Assembly: GCA_040752415.1 (NCBI GenBank)
Contig: JBFMGU010000099.1
Coordinates: forward strand, 1 to 36,063
Direction of reading: 5' to 3'
Origin: Myxococcota bacterium
Lineage (GTDB): Bacteria > Myxococcota > JACRCW01
DNA: 36,063 nucleotides
The notes beneath the pieces were generated by a model. The model was not told where the DNA came from. It was given only the letters and a program-made list of their open reading frames with translations, and searched no databases. Shown piece after piece: positions 1-10,092 of this stretch (the stretch's first letter is position 1; each line of letters opens with the position of its first letter). A program made the position numbers and the translations under genes.

Positions 1-522
1 GAAGATCTGCGCCACGAAGGCGCGCTGCTCCGGGTCCAGGTCCTTGCCCTGCAGCAGGCGCACGCCGCGCTCCCGCAGCTGCGGCAGGACCTCCCCGTTG
101 AGGCACTGGCTCTGTCGCGCGGCCTGCTGGTGCGCGCGCGTGGCCACCGCGGCAAGGCTCTCCGCGGGTGTGAGACCGTCGGCGGTGGGCTCATTGACGG
201 CGCCAGCCTGCTGCTGCTTGAGGCCAGCCACGCGCACCATGAAGAACTCGTCCAGGTTGCCGGAGACAATCCCGATGAACTTGCACCGCTCCGCGAGGGG
301 GACGGTGGGGTCCATGGCCTCCTCGAGCACGCGCTCATTGAATTCCAGCCAGGAAAGCTCGCGGTTGACGAAGAGCGCGCTGTCGGAGGGCTCGGCGTGG
401 GGCGGAGGCTGGGTGGCGGCACGGGCCAGCTTGGCGCGAGCCTGGATGCCATTCCCATTGCGGGCGGCGCGACCATTCCTCCCCAGTGTTCGCACCGACT
501 TCCCCTCCAACGTCCTGTCCAC
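1..522 (-). CDS. ppk1: Polyphosphate kinase 1, N-terminal part (runs off the window edge; absent from ORF track)
   Basis: Manual minus-strand translation gives [54 protein letters not shown], the PPK1 N-terminal signature. GTG at 522 is preceded by GAGGAGGG; an in-frame TGA at 534-532 bounds the ORF. Confidence 0.93.
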   Translation of the reverse strand, partial: MDRTLEGKSVRTLGRNGRAARNGNGIQARAKLARAATQPPPHAEPSDSALFVNRELSWLEFNERVLEEAMDPTVPLAERCKFIGIVSGNLDEFFMVRVAGLKQQQAGAVNEPTADGLTPAESLAAVATRAHQQAARQSQCLNGEVLPQLRERGVRLLQGKDLDPEQRAFVAQIF

Positions 523-605
523 GGTCCCTCCTCATGACGACGGCCGGCCACGCCCATATCCAGGCGCCCGGCCGGCCGCACGTTACCGCCAAGTCTGCTC
601 AGGCT

Positions 606-938
606 TCAGCTGGTGTGCTTCCGCAGCATCTCTTCCAGCTTGGCCTTGGGCACCGCACCCACAACCTGGTCCACCGGCTTGCCGTCCTTGAACAGGATCA
701 GGGTGGGGATGCCGCGGACGCCGTAGCGGCCGGGGGTCTGGGGGCTGGAGTCAATGTCCAGCTTTCCAACCTTCACCTTGCCCGCGTAGGCCTCGGCCAG
801 GGCTTCAACGTGCGGGGCGATGGCGCGGCAGGGCGCGCACCAGGTGGCCCAGAAGTCCACCAGGACGGGCTCCTTGCTCTTGAGCACGTCCGACTCAAAG
901 TTGCTGTCTGCGAATTCCTTGATGTTGGCGCCTGCCAT
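606..938 (-). CDS. trxA: Thioredoxin (110 aa)
   Basis: VLVDFWATWCAPCR active site, GIPTL cis-Pro loop; ATG at 938 preceded by GGAGG. Confidence 0.96.
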   Translation of the reverse strand: MAGANIKEFADSNFESDVLKSKEPVLVDFWATWCAPCRAIAPHVEALAEAYAGKVKVGKLDIDSSPQTPGRYGVRGIPTLILFKDGKPVDQVVGAVPKAKLEEMLRKHTS

Positions 939-964
939 CACGGCCTCCTGAGGGATTTCGGCGG

Positions 965-992
965 AACATAGCCATCCCTGGGGGCAGGTCAA
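965..992 (-). promoter_or_regulatory. Putative sigma70-type promoter for trxA
   Basis: Minus strand TTGACC-16 nt-TATGTT, about 25 nt upstream of the trxA start. Confidence 0.45.
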
Positions 993-1041
993 CCGTGGGC
1001 GTGAGGACGGGATCCCCGGCGTCCGGACGGATGGGGGTTGT

Positions 1042-1070
1042 TTGCCGCCCCGGCCCCCCGGTGTTACCGT
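1042..1070 (+). promoter_or_regulatory. Putative sigma70-type promoter for the hyp-ccsA-hemA operon
   Basis: TTGCCG-17 nt-TACCGT with an extended -10 TG, divergent from trxA. Confidence 0.45.
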
Positions 1071-1117
1071 GCACGCCACAACCGCCCTCGACGAGAGCCC
1101 CCACCGCGACCAGTGCG

Positions 1118-1669
1118 ATGACCGCGACGGAACGCCCCCTTTTCATTGCGCAGGCCAAGCTGACCCAGTGGGCGGACGAGGGGAAGGTTGCCGTCAACGG
1201 GAACGTGCTCACGCTGCTGGCGGAGAAGCGCTCCTACACGCTGGTGGAGGCCGTCCGGTTCCTCACCGTGATTGGCGGCGACCCCGACAAGCTGGGCCTG
1301 TTGGGCAAGGTCCGCACCCGCGACCAGCTCAAGCAGCTGAAGGCGGAGCACATGGCCGGCACCGTTCTCGTGGGTGACCTGGGCTACGAGGTCCAGGAGG
1401 GCTTTGTGGGCGCCATCCTGCAGCCCCGTCCCGCGCCCGCTCCCGCCGCGCCGACGCGCCCCGTTGCTCCGCCACCCCCCGCGCCTCCCAAGGCCGCCGC
1501 TCCTCCGCCTCCTCCCGCGCCCGTGGCGCCACCACCGGCCGTGCCCACGCCCGCTCCCAGCCTGGCGGACGCGCTGCAGACCGCCACCACCGGGGATGCC
1601 GCGGCCAAGCCTGCGCCCTCGGACCAGGAGCTGCTGACCAATTTCCTCCTCGCCAACCTGAGCGGGTGA
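1118..1669 (+). CDS. Hypothetical protein: globular N-domain, Pro/Ala linker, short C-terminal helix (DQELLTNFLLANL)
   Basis: Strong GC3 codon bias, ATG at 1118, ends 13 nt before ccsA. Confidence 0.75.
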   Translation: MTATERPLFIAQAKLTQWADEGKVAVNGNVLTLLAEKRSYTLVEAVRFLTVIGGDPDKLGLLGKVRTRDQLKQLKAEHMAGTVLVGDLGYEVQEGFVGAILQPRPAPAPAAPTRPVAPPPPAPPKAAAPPPPPAPVAPPPAVPTPAPSLADALQTATTGDAAAKPAPSDQELLTNFLLANLSG

Positions 1670-1682
1670 GGCTCACGACGCC

Positions 1683-2540
1683 ATGTCGGACGTCCTTCTC
1701 TCCGCGGCGAGCGTCATGTACGCATCCAGTGGCGCGGGGTTCATGGCCAGCCTGGCGCGGGCACGTCCGTCCCTCCTGAACGCGGCCAAGCTGGGCCTGC
1801 TGGTGGGCGCCGCCATCCACGCCCTGGCGCTGCTGGTGCGGTTCATCCAGCTGGGCCTGCCTCCGGTGACCAACGGCTTCGAGGGCCTCTCGCTGCTCTC
1901 GCTGCTGATCGCGGTGATCTTCCTGGTGCTGCAGCGTCGCTACCCGGTGCAGGTGCTGGGCGCGTTCGTGGCGCCGCTGGTGTTCCTGCACCTCACCGCG
2001 TCGCTGCTGTTCACGGGCGACACGAACCAGATCCCCGCCGCCCTGAAGAGCGCGTACTTCTACGTGCACATCACGCTGGCGTTCCTGGGTGACGCGTTCC
2101 TGGCCGTGGCCGCCGCGGCGTCGGTCTCGTACCTGCTGCAGGAGCGGAAGCTGCGCCTCAAGAAGGTGGACACGCTCAGCGGCCAGCTGCCCAACCTCAA
2201 CCTCGCCGACCACATTGCGCACCGCTGCCTGGCCGTGGGCTTCCTGTTCATGAGCCTGGGCATCGCCAGCGGCGTCGTCTACGCCAAGCACGCCTGGCAC
2301 GCGTACTGGAGCTGGGATCCCAAGCAGAACTGGAGCGCGCTGACGTGGCTGGTCTACGCGCTGATGCTGCACTTCCGGTTCATGGTGGGCTGGCGCGGGC
2401 GAAGGCTGGCGTGGCTCACCGTGGGGGCGTTTGCGCTGGTGGTGACCGGCGCGGTGGTGATGGGCGTGTTCAACTGGGGGCGCCACACCGGGGACTACGA
2501 CGCGATGCCCGCGTCCACGTCGTCGTCGGAGGCCCCGTGA
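1683..2540 (+). CDS. ccsA: Cytochrome c biogenesis CcsA/HemX-family membrane protein
   Basis: About 8 TM segments, WWD motif WHAYWSWDPKQNWS, conserved His residues; TGATG coupling to hemA. Confidence 0.88.
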   Translation: MSDVLLSAASVMYASSGAGFMASLARARPSLLNAAKLGLLVGAAIHALALLVRFIQLGLPPVTNGFEGLSLLSLLIAVIFLVLQRRYPVQVLGAFVAPLVFLHLTASLLFTGDTNQIPAALKSAYFYVHITLAFLGDAFLAVAAAASVSYLLQERKLRLKKVDTLSGQLPNLNLADHIAHRCLAVGFLFMSLGIASGVVYAKHAWHAYWSWDPKQNWSALTWLVYALMLHFRFMVGWRGRRLAWLTVGAFALVVTGAVVMGVFNWGRHTGDYDAMPASTSSSEAP

Positions 2541-3910
2541 TGGACCTGGTGTGCGTGGGGCTCAACCATCGCTCCGCGCCGGTGGAAATCCGAGAGAAGG
2601 TGGCCTTCCGGGCGGAGAGGATCCCGGCCAACCTCAAGTCCCTCCTGTCACGCCACGCGCTCAAGGAGGCGGTGATCCTGTCCACCTGCAACCGCGTGGA
2701 GATCTACGTGCGTGGCAACGAGGTGGAAGCCGCCGCGGAAGTGGCCAGCTACCTCCACGCCGAGCACAGCCTGCTGCCCGGCACCCTCACCGACCACCTC
2801 TACATCCACAACGCCGCCGACGCGCTGCGACACCTCTTCCGCGTGGCCAGCTCGCTCGACGCGATTGTCGTCGGGGAGCCGCAGATCCTGGGGCAGGTGA
2901 AGGACGCGTTCCGTCTGGCCGTGGACGCGCAGGCGGTGGGGCCATTGCTCTCTCGCGTGTTCCATCGCGCTTTTGGCGTGGCCAAGCGGGTGCGCAGCGA
3001 GACGGCCATTGCGCAGAGCGCGGTGAGCGTGAGCTACGCGGCGGTGGAGCTGGCGCGCACCATCTTTGGCAACCTGCAGGGCAGCGTGTGTCTCCTCGTG
3101 GGTGCGGGCAACATGAGTGAGCTGGCGGCGCGACACTTCGTGCAGGAGGGCGCGCAGCTCTGGGTGGTGAACCGCTCCTATGAGCGCGCCGAGGCGCTGG
3201 CCACCGCGTTTGGCGGCAGCGCGCGCACGTACAATGACCTGCCGCTGCTCCTCGAGAAGGCCGACGTGGTGCTGACCAGCACGGCGGCGCCTGGGTTCAT
3301 TGTCACCAAGGACATGATGAAGGGCGTGATGCGCGCCCGTCGCTACAACCCCATCTTCTTCATCGACATCTCCGTGCCGCGCAACGTGGACCCGGCCATC
3401 ACCTCGCAGGAGAACGTCTACGTGTACGACGTGGATGACCTCTCCAAGGTGGTGGACAAGAACCTGGAGAAGCGTCGGGCGGAGGCGGAGCGCGCCGAGC
3501 GGCTGGTGCTGGAAGAGGTGGAGCAGTTCAAGGAGTGGGCGCGCGGTCGCACCGCGGTGCCGGTGATCAAGGCGCTACGCGCACGTGCCCAGACGCTGGT
3601 GGAAGCCGAGGTCAAGAGGACGTTGGCAACCCTGGGGCCGCACGTCACCGAGAAGGAACGCAAGAGCGTGACGGCCATGGTGAACGCCGTGGTCAACAAG
3701 CTGCTGCACGAGCCCACCACCGCGTTGAAGGGAAGCACGGGGGATTCCGCGGAACTCGTCGACGCCGCGCGGCGCCTCTTCAACCTGGCCGACGAGGAGC
3801 TGGAGGAGGAAAACGGTTCCACGCCGGACGCTGCGCGCTCCGACGCACTGGCCGCGCTCAAGGCCGCCGACGAGGCGGAGGCAGCCGGGGCCGGGGTTGA
3901 GCGGCCGTGA
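2540..3910 (+). CDS. hemA: Glutamyl-tRNA reductase
   Basis: VGLNHRSAPVEIRE, STCNRVE, GEPQILGQVK, GAGNM NADPH motif, DISVPRNVD. Confidence 0.97.
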   Translation: MDLVCVGLNHRSAPVEIREKVAFRAERIPANLKSLLSRHALKEAVILSTCNRVEIYVRGNEVEAAAEVASYLHAEHSLLPGTLTDHLYIHNAADALRHLFRVASSLDAIVVGEPQILGQVKDAFRLAVDAQAVGPLLSRVFHRAFGVAKRVRSETAIAQSAVSVSYAAVELARTIFGNLQGSVCLLVGAGNMSELAARHFVQEGAQLWVVNRSYERAEALATAFGGSARTYNDLPLLLEKADVVLTSTAAPGFIVTKDMMKGVMRARRYNPIFFIDISVPRNVDPAITSQENVYVYDVDDLSKVVDKNLEKRRAEAERAERLVLEEVEQFKEWARGRTAVPVIKALRARAQTLVEAEVKRTLATLGPHVTEKERKSVTAMVNAVVNKLLHEPTTALKGSTGDSAELVDAARRLFNLADEELEEENGSTPDAARSDALAALKAADEAEAAGAGVERP

Positions 3911-5175
3911 CCCGGAGGAGACCCGTACCGGGACTGCTGATGCTGGCGGCCGGGTTGGGCGCGCTGGTGCTGTCCTCCCGCGCGGAAGCGCAGCTGGGCG
4001 TCTTTGGCGGTGGCGGTGACGACGGAGGCGGCGGCTTCCTCAGCAACATCAATCCCGAGAGCGGGCCCATGTTCCGCAACCCCTGGCGCGCCGATGGGGG
4101 ACCGGAGACGGATTCCGGAGGCGGGCTGGCGTCGATCTTCAGCGGCTTCAAGGGGGGCACCGGCGGATTCCTCAAGACGCGCGCGCCGCACATCGCCGAC
4201 TGGATCGACTCCGACGGCAGCGTGTTCGCCAGCGACGGAGGCGGCTTCCGACAGAGCCTGCGTGAATTCCAGTTGCCTTCCTTCGGCGCGGCCATCGACG
4301 CGGGAACGCCGGACATTGGTCCTGTGGTGGCGCCGCAGGTGCGGGTGGCCCGGCCGCGTGAGCAGGTGGAGGTTCTGACCTCCATGGTGGCGCCGAACCA
4401 GATGGTCTGGGCGCACGTTCCTCCGTCGGTGCAACAGGCCATGACGACGGACCTTGCCGCGCGCGACGGCGGGACGCCCAAGGTGCTGTCCTACGACACG
4501 CTCACCCGCGCCGAACGGACCGCGTTGTGGGCCGCGGCCGCCAAGCAGAAGGGGTGGAGCGAGGGTCATCCCGCGTTCCTTCTGGGCGAATCAGGGAAAC
4601 CCATTGCGGGCAAACTGGTGGCCCTGGGCGCGCGGGCAGGTGGCGACGGAAAGACGTGGTTCTACGCCGGCTTCGTGACGCCGCGGGCCTACATGCAGCC
4701 GCTCAGTCCGCGCGTGGTTCTCGTCGGGACTGCCAACGTGGGCCGCTATCCGGTGCCGCAGCCACGACGTGCGGAGACGGTTCCCCCCGACGTGCGCGCG
4801 GCGGTTGACGCCGTGGTGGCCGCGCTGCCGGTGCCGCAGGGGCGGGGACGGCCGAAGGTGGGTCGCGTCCAGGTGGTGCTGCCGCGGACCGGGACCGCCA
4901 CGCATGCGCTGGTGCGGGTGACGGAAGCGAGAAAGAAGTTGCCGCTCTGCATGACGCTCTCTCTCGACGAGAAACGCCGTCCCCGCGACACCACGGCCTG
5001 GAGCTCTGACTGCCAGCAGGGCGCGTTGGCGGCAGTGGACGTGGAAGGCGACGGCGTGGACGAGGTGGTGTGGCAGGAGGGTGAACGCCTGGTGTTGCGG
5101 CGTTATCCCGGCGGAGAAGTGCTGGACGAGGACCCCCCATCCATGGCGGAGTTCACCCAGGCGCCTGCCCGCTGA
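3907..5175 (+). CDS. Secreted hypothetical protein with DGG-rich N-region and a C-terminal DxxGDGxDE (FG-GAP-like) loop
   Basis: Signal peptide (…SSRAEA/QL), GTGA overlap with the hemA stop, ends 12 nt before hemC. Confidence 0.7.
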   Translation: MTRRRPVPGLLMLAAGLGALVLSSRAEAQLGVFGGGGDDGGGGFLSNINPESGPMFRNPWRADGGPETDSGGGLASIFSGFKGGTGGFLKTRAPHIADWIDSDGSVFASDGGGFRQSLREFQLPSFGAAIDAGTPDIGPVVAPQVRVARPREQVEVLTSMVAPNQMVWAHVPPSVQQAMTTDLAARDGGTPKVLSYDTLTRAERTALWAAAAKQKGWSEGHPAFLLGESGKPIAGKLVALGARAGGDGKTWFYAGFVTPRAYMQPLSPRVVLVGTANVGRYPVPQPRRAETVPPDVRAAVDAVVAALPVPQGRGRPKVGRVQVVLPRTGTATHALVRVTEARKKLPLCMTLSLDEKRRPRDTTAWSSDCQQGALAAVDVEGDGVDEVVWQEGERLVLRRYPGGEVLDEDPPSMAEFTQAPAR

Positions 5176-5187
5176 CGGAGAACACAC

Positions 5188-6144
5188 ATGGCCCATCTCA
5201 AGCTCGGTACCCGCAAGAGCCCGCTGGCACTGTGGCAGGCGGAGCACGTGGCCGCGCTGCTCCAGGCCCATGAGCCCGGCCTCACCGTCGAGCTGGTGAA
5301 GATCAGCACCAAGGGTGACCGCATCCTCGACACGCCGCTGGCCAAGGTTGGTGGCAAGGGGCTGTTCGTCAAGGAGATTGAAGAAGCGCTCCTCGACGGG
5401 CGCATCGACCTCGCCGTGCACAGCCTCAAGGATGTGCCGGCGGAGCTTCCCAAGGGCCTCACCCTCCGCGCCTATCCCAAGCGCGCCGACCCGCGGGATG
5501 CCTGGGTCTCTCCGCAATACGCGTCTCCCGTCGAGCTGCCGCCGGGCGCCAGGGTGGGCACCGCCAGTCTCCGGCGACAGTGCCAGCTGCTCCAGGCGCG
5601 ACCGGACCTGGAGGTCATCCCCATTCGCGGCAGCGTGGAGACCCGGCTCGCCAAGATCGAGACGGAGGGATTGCACGCGGTGGTGCTGGCGGCGGCGGGG
5701 CTGGAGCGGTTGGGGCTGGGACACCGCATCCGCCGAAAGCTCGACGTCAACGAGATGCTGCCCGCGGTGGGGCAGGGCATCCTGGGCATCGAGATCCGCG
5801 AGAAGGACGAGGAGACGTCTCGTCGGGTGGGGGCGCTGGATGACTCCGACGCGCGCGCCATGGCGGTGTGTGAGCGCGCCATGCTCCACGAGCTGGGCGG
5901 TGGGTGCCAGGTTCCCATTGCGGGCCACCTGGTGCGCGACAGCAAGGGTTGGTGGCTGCGGGGATTGGTGGCGCGTCCGTCGGGGGCGGACATGGTGCGT
6001 GCGGATGGAAGGGTGCCGCTGAAGGTCCCGCTGCAGGAGCTGGAGGCGCTGGGACGCAAGGTGGCGGTGGACCTGCTCAACCGCGGTGCGGGTCCCATCC
6101 TGCAGGAGCTGGGCATGCGCGCGGACGTTTCCAACGAGGCGTGA
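5188..6144 (+). CDS. hemC: Hydroxymethylbilane synthase (porphobilinogen deaminase)
   Basis: GTRKSPLALWQA, GGKGLFVKEIE, AVHSLKDVP, GGCQVP cofactor Cys. Confidence 0.98.
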   Translation: MAHLKLGTRKSPLALWQAEHVAALLQAHEPGLTVELVKISTKGDRILDTPLAKVGGKGLFVKEIEEALLDGRIDLAVHSLKDVPAELPKGLTLRAYPKRADPRDAWVSPQYASPVELPPGARVGTASLRRQCQLLQARPDLEVIPIRGSVETRLAKIETEGLHAVVLAAAGLERLGLGHRIRRKLDVNEMLPAVGQGILGIEIREKDEETSRRVGALDDSDARAMAVCERAMLHELGGGCQVPIAGHLVRDSKGWWLRGLVARPSGADMVRADGRVPLKVPLQELEALGRKVAVDLLNRGAGPILQELGMRADVSNEA

Positions 6145-6150
6145 AGCGCG

Positions 6151-7095
6151 GTGGCCAATCTGCGGGTCGGTTCCTACGAGGTGGTTGACCGGTACGCCGT
6201 GGGGGGCGTGGCGGAGATCTACCGGTGTCGCGACGTGCGAAGTGGCGACGTGGTGGCACTGAAGCGCATGAAACCCGAAGCCGCGCGCGACGCCTCCGTC
6301 CGACGTGGCTTCTTCCGCGAAGCGGACTTGGCCCGCATGATGAGCCACCGCAACCTGGTCCACTGCCACGAGACCTCCCGGGAGCAGGGCAAGGAGTGGG
6401 CGGTCTACGACTTTGTCGACGGACCGGACCTGGAACGCATCCTCACGCGCGCGCTGGACCGACGGGTGAAAATCCCCGTGGACTTCTCCCTGCACATCAT
6501 CCGTGAGGTCCTGGACGGCCTGCATTTCGCGCACATGCTCGGCGGCTCCGACGGGCGCAGCCTGGGCTTCGTGCACCGCGATCTTTCCCCGCGGAACGTC
6601 TTCGTTGCCTACGACGGGCGCGTGCGCGTGGGTGACCTGGGTTGCGCCACCCTCACGCTCATTGAGCCCCTTCCGCCCGACGTGGTGGGCTCTCCCGGCT
6701 ACCTCTCGCCGGAGCAGGCGCGGGGTGAACCGCTGGACCACCGCAGCGACGTGTACGCCGTGGGCGTGGTGCTTTATGAGCTTCTCGTCGGGGCGCGCGC
6801 GTTTGACGTGGCGGGGAAGAAGGACGCCAAGGTCTTGGAGCTGCACAAGAAGGGGAAGATGAAGGCGGTGCCCTCGTCGCTGCCGGCTCCCTTGCGCGCG
6901 ATCATCGAACGGGCGTGCCAGGTGGACCCGGAAAAGCGCTACGCCACCGCCGCGGAGATGCGTGACGCCGTGGACGCGGACCTGCGCACGCGCAACTCGT
7001 CGGTGTCGGAGCTGGCCATTGCGGCGCTGACGCGCAACCTGTTCCGGGAGGAGTACCAGGTCTCCCGACTGCCGGGCTCACCGCTGGCTTTCTGA
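6151..7095 (+). CDS. Hanks-type Ser/Thr protein kinase, catalytic domain only
   Basis: VALKRM, HRDLSPRN, DLG in place of DFG, GSPGYLSPEQ, SDVYAVG. Confidence 0.9.
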   Translation: MANLRVGSYEVVDRYAVGGVAEIYRCRDVRSGDVVALKRMKPEAARDASVRRGFFREADLARMMSHRNLVHCHETSREQGKEWAVYDFVDGPDLERILTRALDRRVKIPVDFSLHIIREVLDGLHFAHMLGGSDGRSLGFVHRDLSPRNVFVAYDGRVRVGDLGCATLTLIEPLPPDVVGSPGYLSPEQARGEPLDHRSDVYAVGVVLYELLVGARAFDVAGKKDAKVLELHKKGKMKAVPSSLPAPLRAIIERACQVDPEKRYATAAEMRDAVDADLRTRNSSVSELAIAALTRNLFREEYQVSRLPGSPLAF

Positions 7096-7100
7096 CGTCG

Positions 7101-8300
7101 TCAGTTGACGCAGAAGCCCATCACGTCGGTGCTGCTGTCCAGGATGGTGAACGCGCCGCCCGGCTGCTTGCAGGAGAGGCCCTCGCGGTTGCACTGGGCC
7201 AGGCCCTGGCGCTGCTCGCCGCACTTCAGGAGACAGATGCCCGCGCCGGCGGGGTCGCTCTGGAAGTGGGCGCAGGCAGCCTCGGGCGGGCAGGGGTGCG
7301 TGGCGTCGCAGGCGTGCGTGCAGTAACCGCCCACGACGGTGCCGCTGAACGTCACGCACTGGCTGATGAAGCCCACGCTGGCGCCGCCAATGCACTCGGT
7401 GGGTCCCGCGCAGCCCGCGCCGACGGGGAGCGGCATCTTCTCGAAGCACACCTCGTCGTCAAACGTGTACTGCTCGGGGTTGGCCGGGTCGGGCACGGGG
7501 AAGCGACGCTTGAACGGGCCGGGATACGCCGGGTCCTGGCCCCGCGTGCTCTCCGGGCAGGTGTTGTCGGCGCGCGCGCCGCACAGGTTGATGCGACCAC
7601 CACCCGCGCTGGCCAGGCCCATGCACACGTCGGTGGCGGGGCACGGGCTGCCTCCGTCGACGTTGCAGTTGCGCATGGAGCAGTACCCGTTCTCCAGCCC
7701 CGTGCCGGGACACTCGCCGGGCTTGCAGTGGCAGTAGCCGCCGGCGCACTCGTCGTCGGTGGTGCAGGGCTCTCCGGTGGACTTGGCGCAGCGGCCCTGC
7801 CAGCACGTCTCGTTGCCGGCGCAGTCGGTGCGCTCACCCACGGGGGGAACGCAGCTCTCCAGCGTGTGCAGGTCCAGGCAGCGCGCCGCGCCCGCGTCGG
7901 GATTGCAGGGTGGGGGGTGGCAGCCGCCTTCCTGGCAGCTCAGGCCGTTGCGCGCGCAATCCACCTGCGAATAGCGGCCGAACTCACAGGTCTCGACGGT
8001 GGAATCATTGAGGCAGCGGGATTCCTGGAAGCTGCACTCCAGTCCCGCGTCGGGCGGGCCCGCGTCGGTGCGCGCGTTGCGCACGCCGGTGCGACAGAAG
8101 CCGTCCTGGCACGCCTGGTCGGGAGGGCACTCGTCGTCGACGAGGCACGCGGTTCCCCGCGCCTGGCACTCCCCGTTCACACACGCCTGGTCCGTCCCGC
8201 AATCCGAGTCCAGCTCACACGTCGGCTGCTCCGTGCAGGGACAGCCCTGGCACGAGTACGCCATCAGCAAGCCGGCAAGCCACCACCATCGTGTCTTCAT
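7101..8300 (-). CDS. Cys-rich secreted or lipoprotein with C-x2-D-x2-C repeats
   Basis: N-terminal hydrophobic signal ending AYS/C; dozens of Cys in CxxDxxC units. Confidence 0.8.
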   Translation of the reverse strand: MKTRWWWLAGLLMAYSCQGCPCTEQPTCELDSDCGTDQACVNGECQARGTACLVDDECPPDQACQDGFCRTGVRNARTDAGPPDAGLECSFQESRCLNDSTVETCEFGRYSQVDCARNGLSCQEGGCHPPPCNPDAGAARCLDLHTLESCVPPVGERTDCAGNETCWQGRCAKSTGEPCTTDDECAGGYCHCKPGECPGTGLENGYCSMRNCNVDGGSPCPATDVCMGLASAGGGRINLCGARADNTCPESTRGQDPAYPGPFKRRFPVPDPANPEQYTFDDEVCFEKMPLPVGAGCAGPTECIGGASVGFISQCVTFSGTVVGGYCTHACDATHPCPPEAACAHFQSDPAGAGICLLKCGEQRQGLAQCNREGLSCKQPGGAFTILDSSTDVMGFCVN

Positions 8301-8334
8301 GACGGCGGAAGCTAGCCGCTCGCCGGCCAGGCCG

Positions 8335-9549
8335 CTACCGGTAGTGAAGCACCGACCGCCGGACCTCCAGGAAGCGCCGATGGTCCTCCGTCCAGGTGCG
8401 CTCCAGCCGGTCCAGGGGCGCCTTCTTCTCCAGCAGCGGGCGCAGCTCGTGGCGACCCAGCAGCAGGTCGATGGCCAGGCGGTCCTTCACGAACTCATAG
8501 ACCTGCTTGCGCCATTCAAAGCGCTTCCCGCCTTGCGCGCGGGCGTGCTTCACCACGGCCAGCCCCGTCCGCAGCGATGGGAACACCTCCGGGTCCGTGA
8601 CGTGGATCTGCACGCCGCCGCACGGCTGTCCCGCCCACTTGTGGAACGTGGGCTGGTACACGACGGGACGGAAGCGGACGCCGGGGATTTCCTCGTCGGT
8701 GAGGGCGTTGGCCAGCTTGTAGGGGTCCAGGAACGGCGCGCCCACCAACTCAAAGGGCCGCGTGGTGCCGCGACCTTCATTGAGATTGGTCCCCTCGAAG
8801 AGACAGCCGCCGGGATAGACCAGCGCGGTGTCCTGCGTGGGCATGTTGGGACTGGGAAGGACCCAGGGCAGGCCGGTGGCGTGGAAGTCCATGCTCCGAC
8901 GCCACCCATCCATCCACACCACCTCCAGCTTCGCGCGCTCCTCGCCGGCGGGCAGCAGCGGGCCGTTGAAGAGCACCATCAGCTCTCCCATGGTCAGCCC
9001 GTGCCGCACGGCAATGGGGTACTCGCCCACGAACGACTGCAGCTCCGGCACCAGCACCGTGTTCCCCTCGACGAGAACACCGCCAATGGGATTGGGCCGG
9101 TCCAGCAGGATGACCTTCACGCCGGCGCGCGCGCACGCGTGCATGGTGAACGCCGCGGTGTACGCGAACGTGTAGTACCGGCTGCCCACGTCCTGCAGGT
9201 CGATGACCATGACGTCGATGTCGGAAAGCTCGCGCGGGGCGGGGCGCAGGCTCTCGTACGTGGCACCGTAGAGGCTGACCACGCGCAGGCCCGTGCGCTT
9301 GTCCTTGCTGCTGCGCACGCCCGCCATGTCCTGTGCCGCGGCGTGCAGTCCGTGCTCCGGACCAAAGAGGCGCACCAGCTTGACGCGCGCTTCCAGCATC
9401 AGGTCCAGGATGTGCGTGATGGTCCCGTCGACACTGGCGGCGTGCGCCAGCAGTCCCACGCGCGCTCCGCGCAAACGACGGAAGCCCTCCGCTCGCAGGA
9501 TGTCCAGTCCGGTGGCCACTGCTCCGCGCTTGTTCTTCTTGGCTGCCAC
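8335..9549 (-). CDS. namZ: Exo-beta-N-acetylmuramidase NamZ family (DUF1343)
   Basis: LFGPEHG, DLQDVGSRYYT, LDRPNP, RHGLTMGEL, PSPNMPT, EGRGTTRPFE motifs; GTG start at 9549 after AAGGA. Confidence 0.9.
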   Translation of the reverse strand: MAAKKNKRGAVATGLDILRAEGFRRLRGARVGLLAHAASVDGTITHILDLMLEARVKLVRLFGPEHGLHAAAQDMAGVRSSKDKRTGLRVVSLYGATYESLRPAPRELSDIDVMVIDLQDVGSRYYTFAYTAAFTMHACARAGVKVILLDRPNPIGGVLVEGNTVLVPELQSFVGEYPIAVRHGLTMGELMVLFNGPLLPAGEERAKLEVVWMDGWRRSMDFHATGLPWVLPSPNMPTQDTALVYPGGCLFEGTNLNEGRGTTRPFELVGAPFLDPYKLANALTDEEIPGVRFRPVVYQPTFHKWAGQPCGGVQIHVTDPEVFPSLRTGLAVVKHARAQGGKRFEWRKQVYEFVKDRLAIDLLLGRHELRPLLEKKAPLDRLERTWTEDHRRFLEVRRSVLHYR

Positions 9550-9603
9550 GACGTTCCTTGCTGCCCGATTGCGTGGGCGTTGGAAGCGGCGCATCTTGCA
9601 TCC

Positions 9604-10092
9604 ATGAACCTCCCGATCGGAAGTGCTCTTCCACTCGAGGTGAAAGCGGCGTTGCAGAAGGCGGGGATCCGCTCGCCGTGCATCGTCGCCGTGGTGCGCG
9701 ACGGGTGCGGTGCCTGCGACGACGCGCTTCCCCTGCTGGAAGACGCCTTGCCGCTGGCGCTGGGGGACGAGGTCCCGGCGCTGTTCCTGGCGCAGGAGGA
9801 CGCGGAGGAGACGGAGAAGCTGCGGGAGCGACTCAGCCCCTCGCTGACCTACGCGCCGGATCCGGAGCCCTATCCGCTCTCGGTGGTCCTGGGACCGGAG
9901 TTCACCCCCACGCTGTACCGGGTGGAGGGCGAGACGGTGGTGGACGTGGTGGAGGGGTTTGACCCAGAGGGATTCCAGCGGCTGCTGAAGGACCTGTGCG
10001 TGGCGCTGGGGAAGGAGCCCTTTGAGCTGTACGCGCCCGGGGAGCCCCGGCCCCGCTTCCGACCTGGCTGAATGAGCCGCGCCGCCCCGTGA
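9604..10092 (+). CDS. Thioredoxin-fold (TlpA/AhpC-TSA-like) redoxin, predicted selenoprotein (Sec156 at TGA 10069-10071)
   Basis: CGAC motif, FTPTLY cis-Pro loop. The frame continues past the TGA as MSRAAP*, with a SECIS-like hairpin 11 nt downstream. The CDS to 10071 is well supported; the Sec extension is inferred. Confidence 0.72.

Noticed and set aside
825..845. WCAPC instead of WCGPC in thioredoxin
   Set aside because: A common natural variant of bacterial TrxA; not novel.
1420..1620. C-rich repetitive DNA
   Set aside because: It encodes the Pro/Ala linker of the 1118-1669 CDS; it is not a CRISPR array or tandem DNA repeat.
4591..6846. Long antisense or alternative-frame ORFs (e.g. 4591-6846 -, 29297-31705 -, 33413-35458 -, and the 5' parts of 7999-10071 + and 24555-26195 +)
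   Set aside because: These are shadows of real genes caused by high GC3 and scarce stop codons; they have no recognisable motifs.
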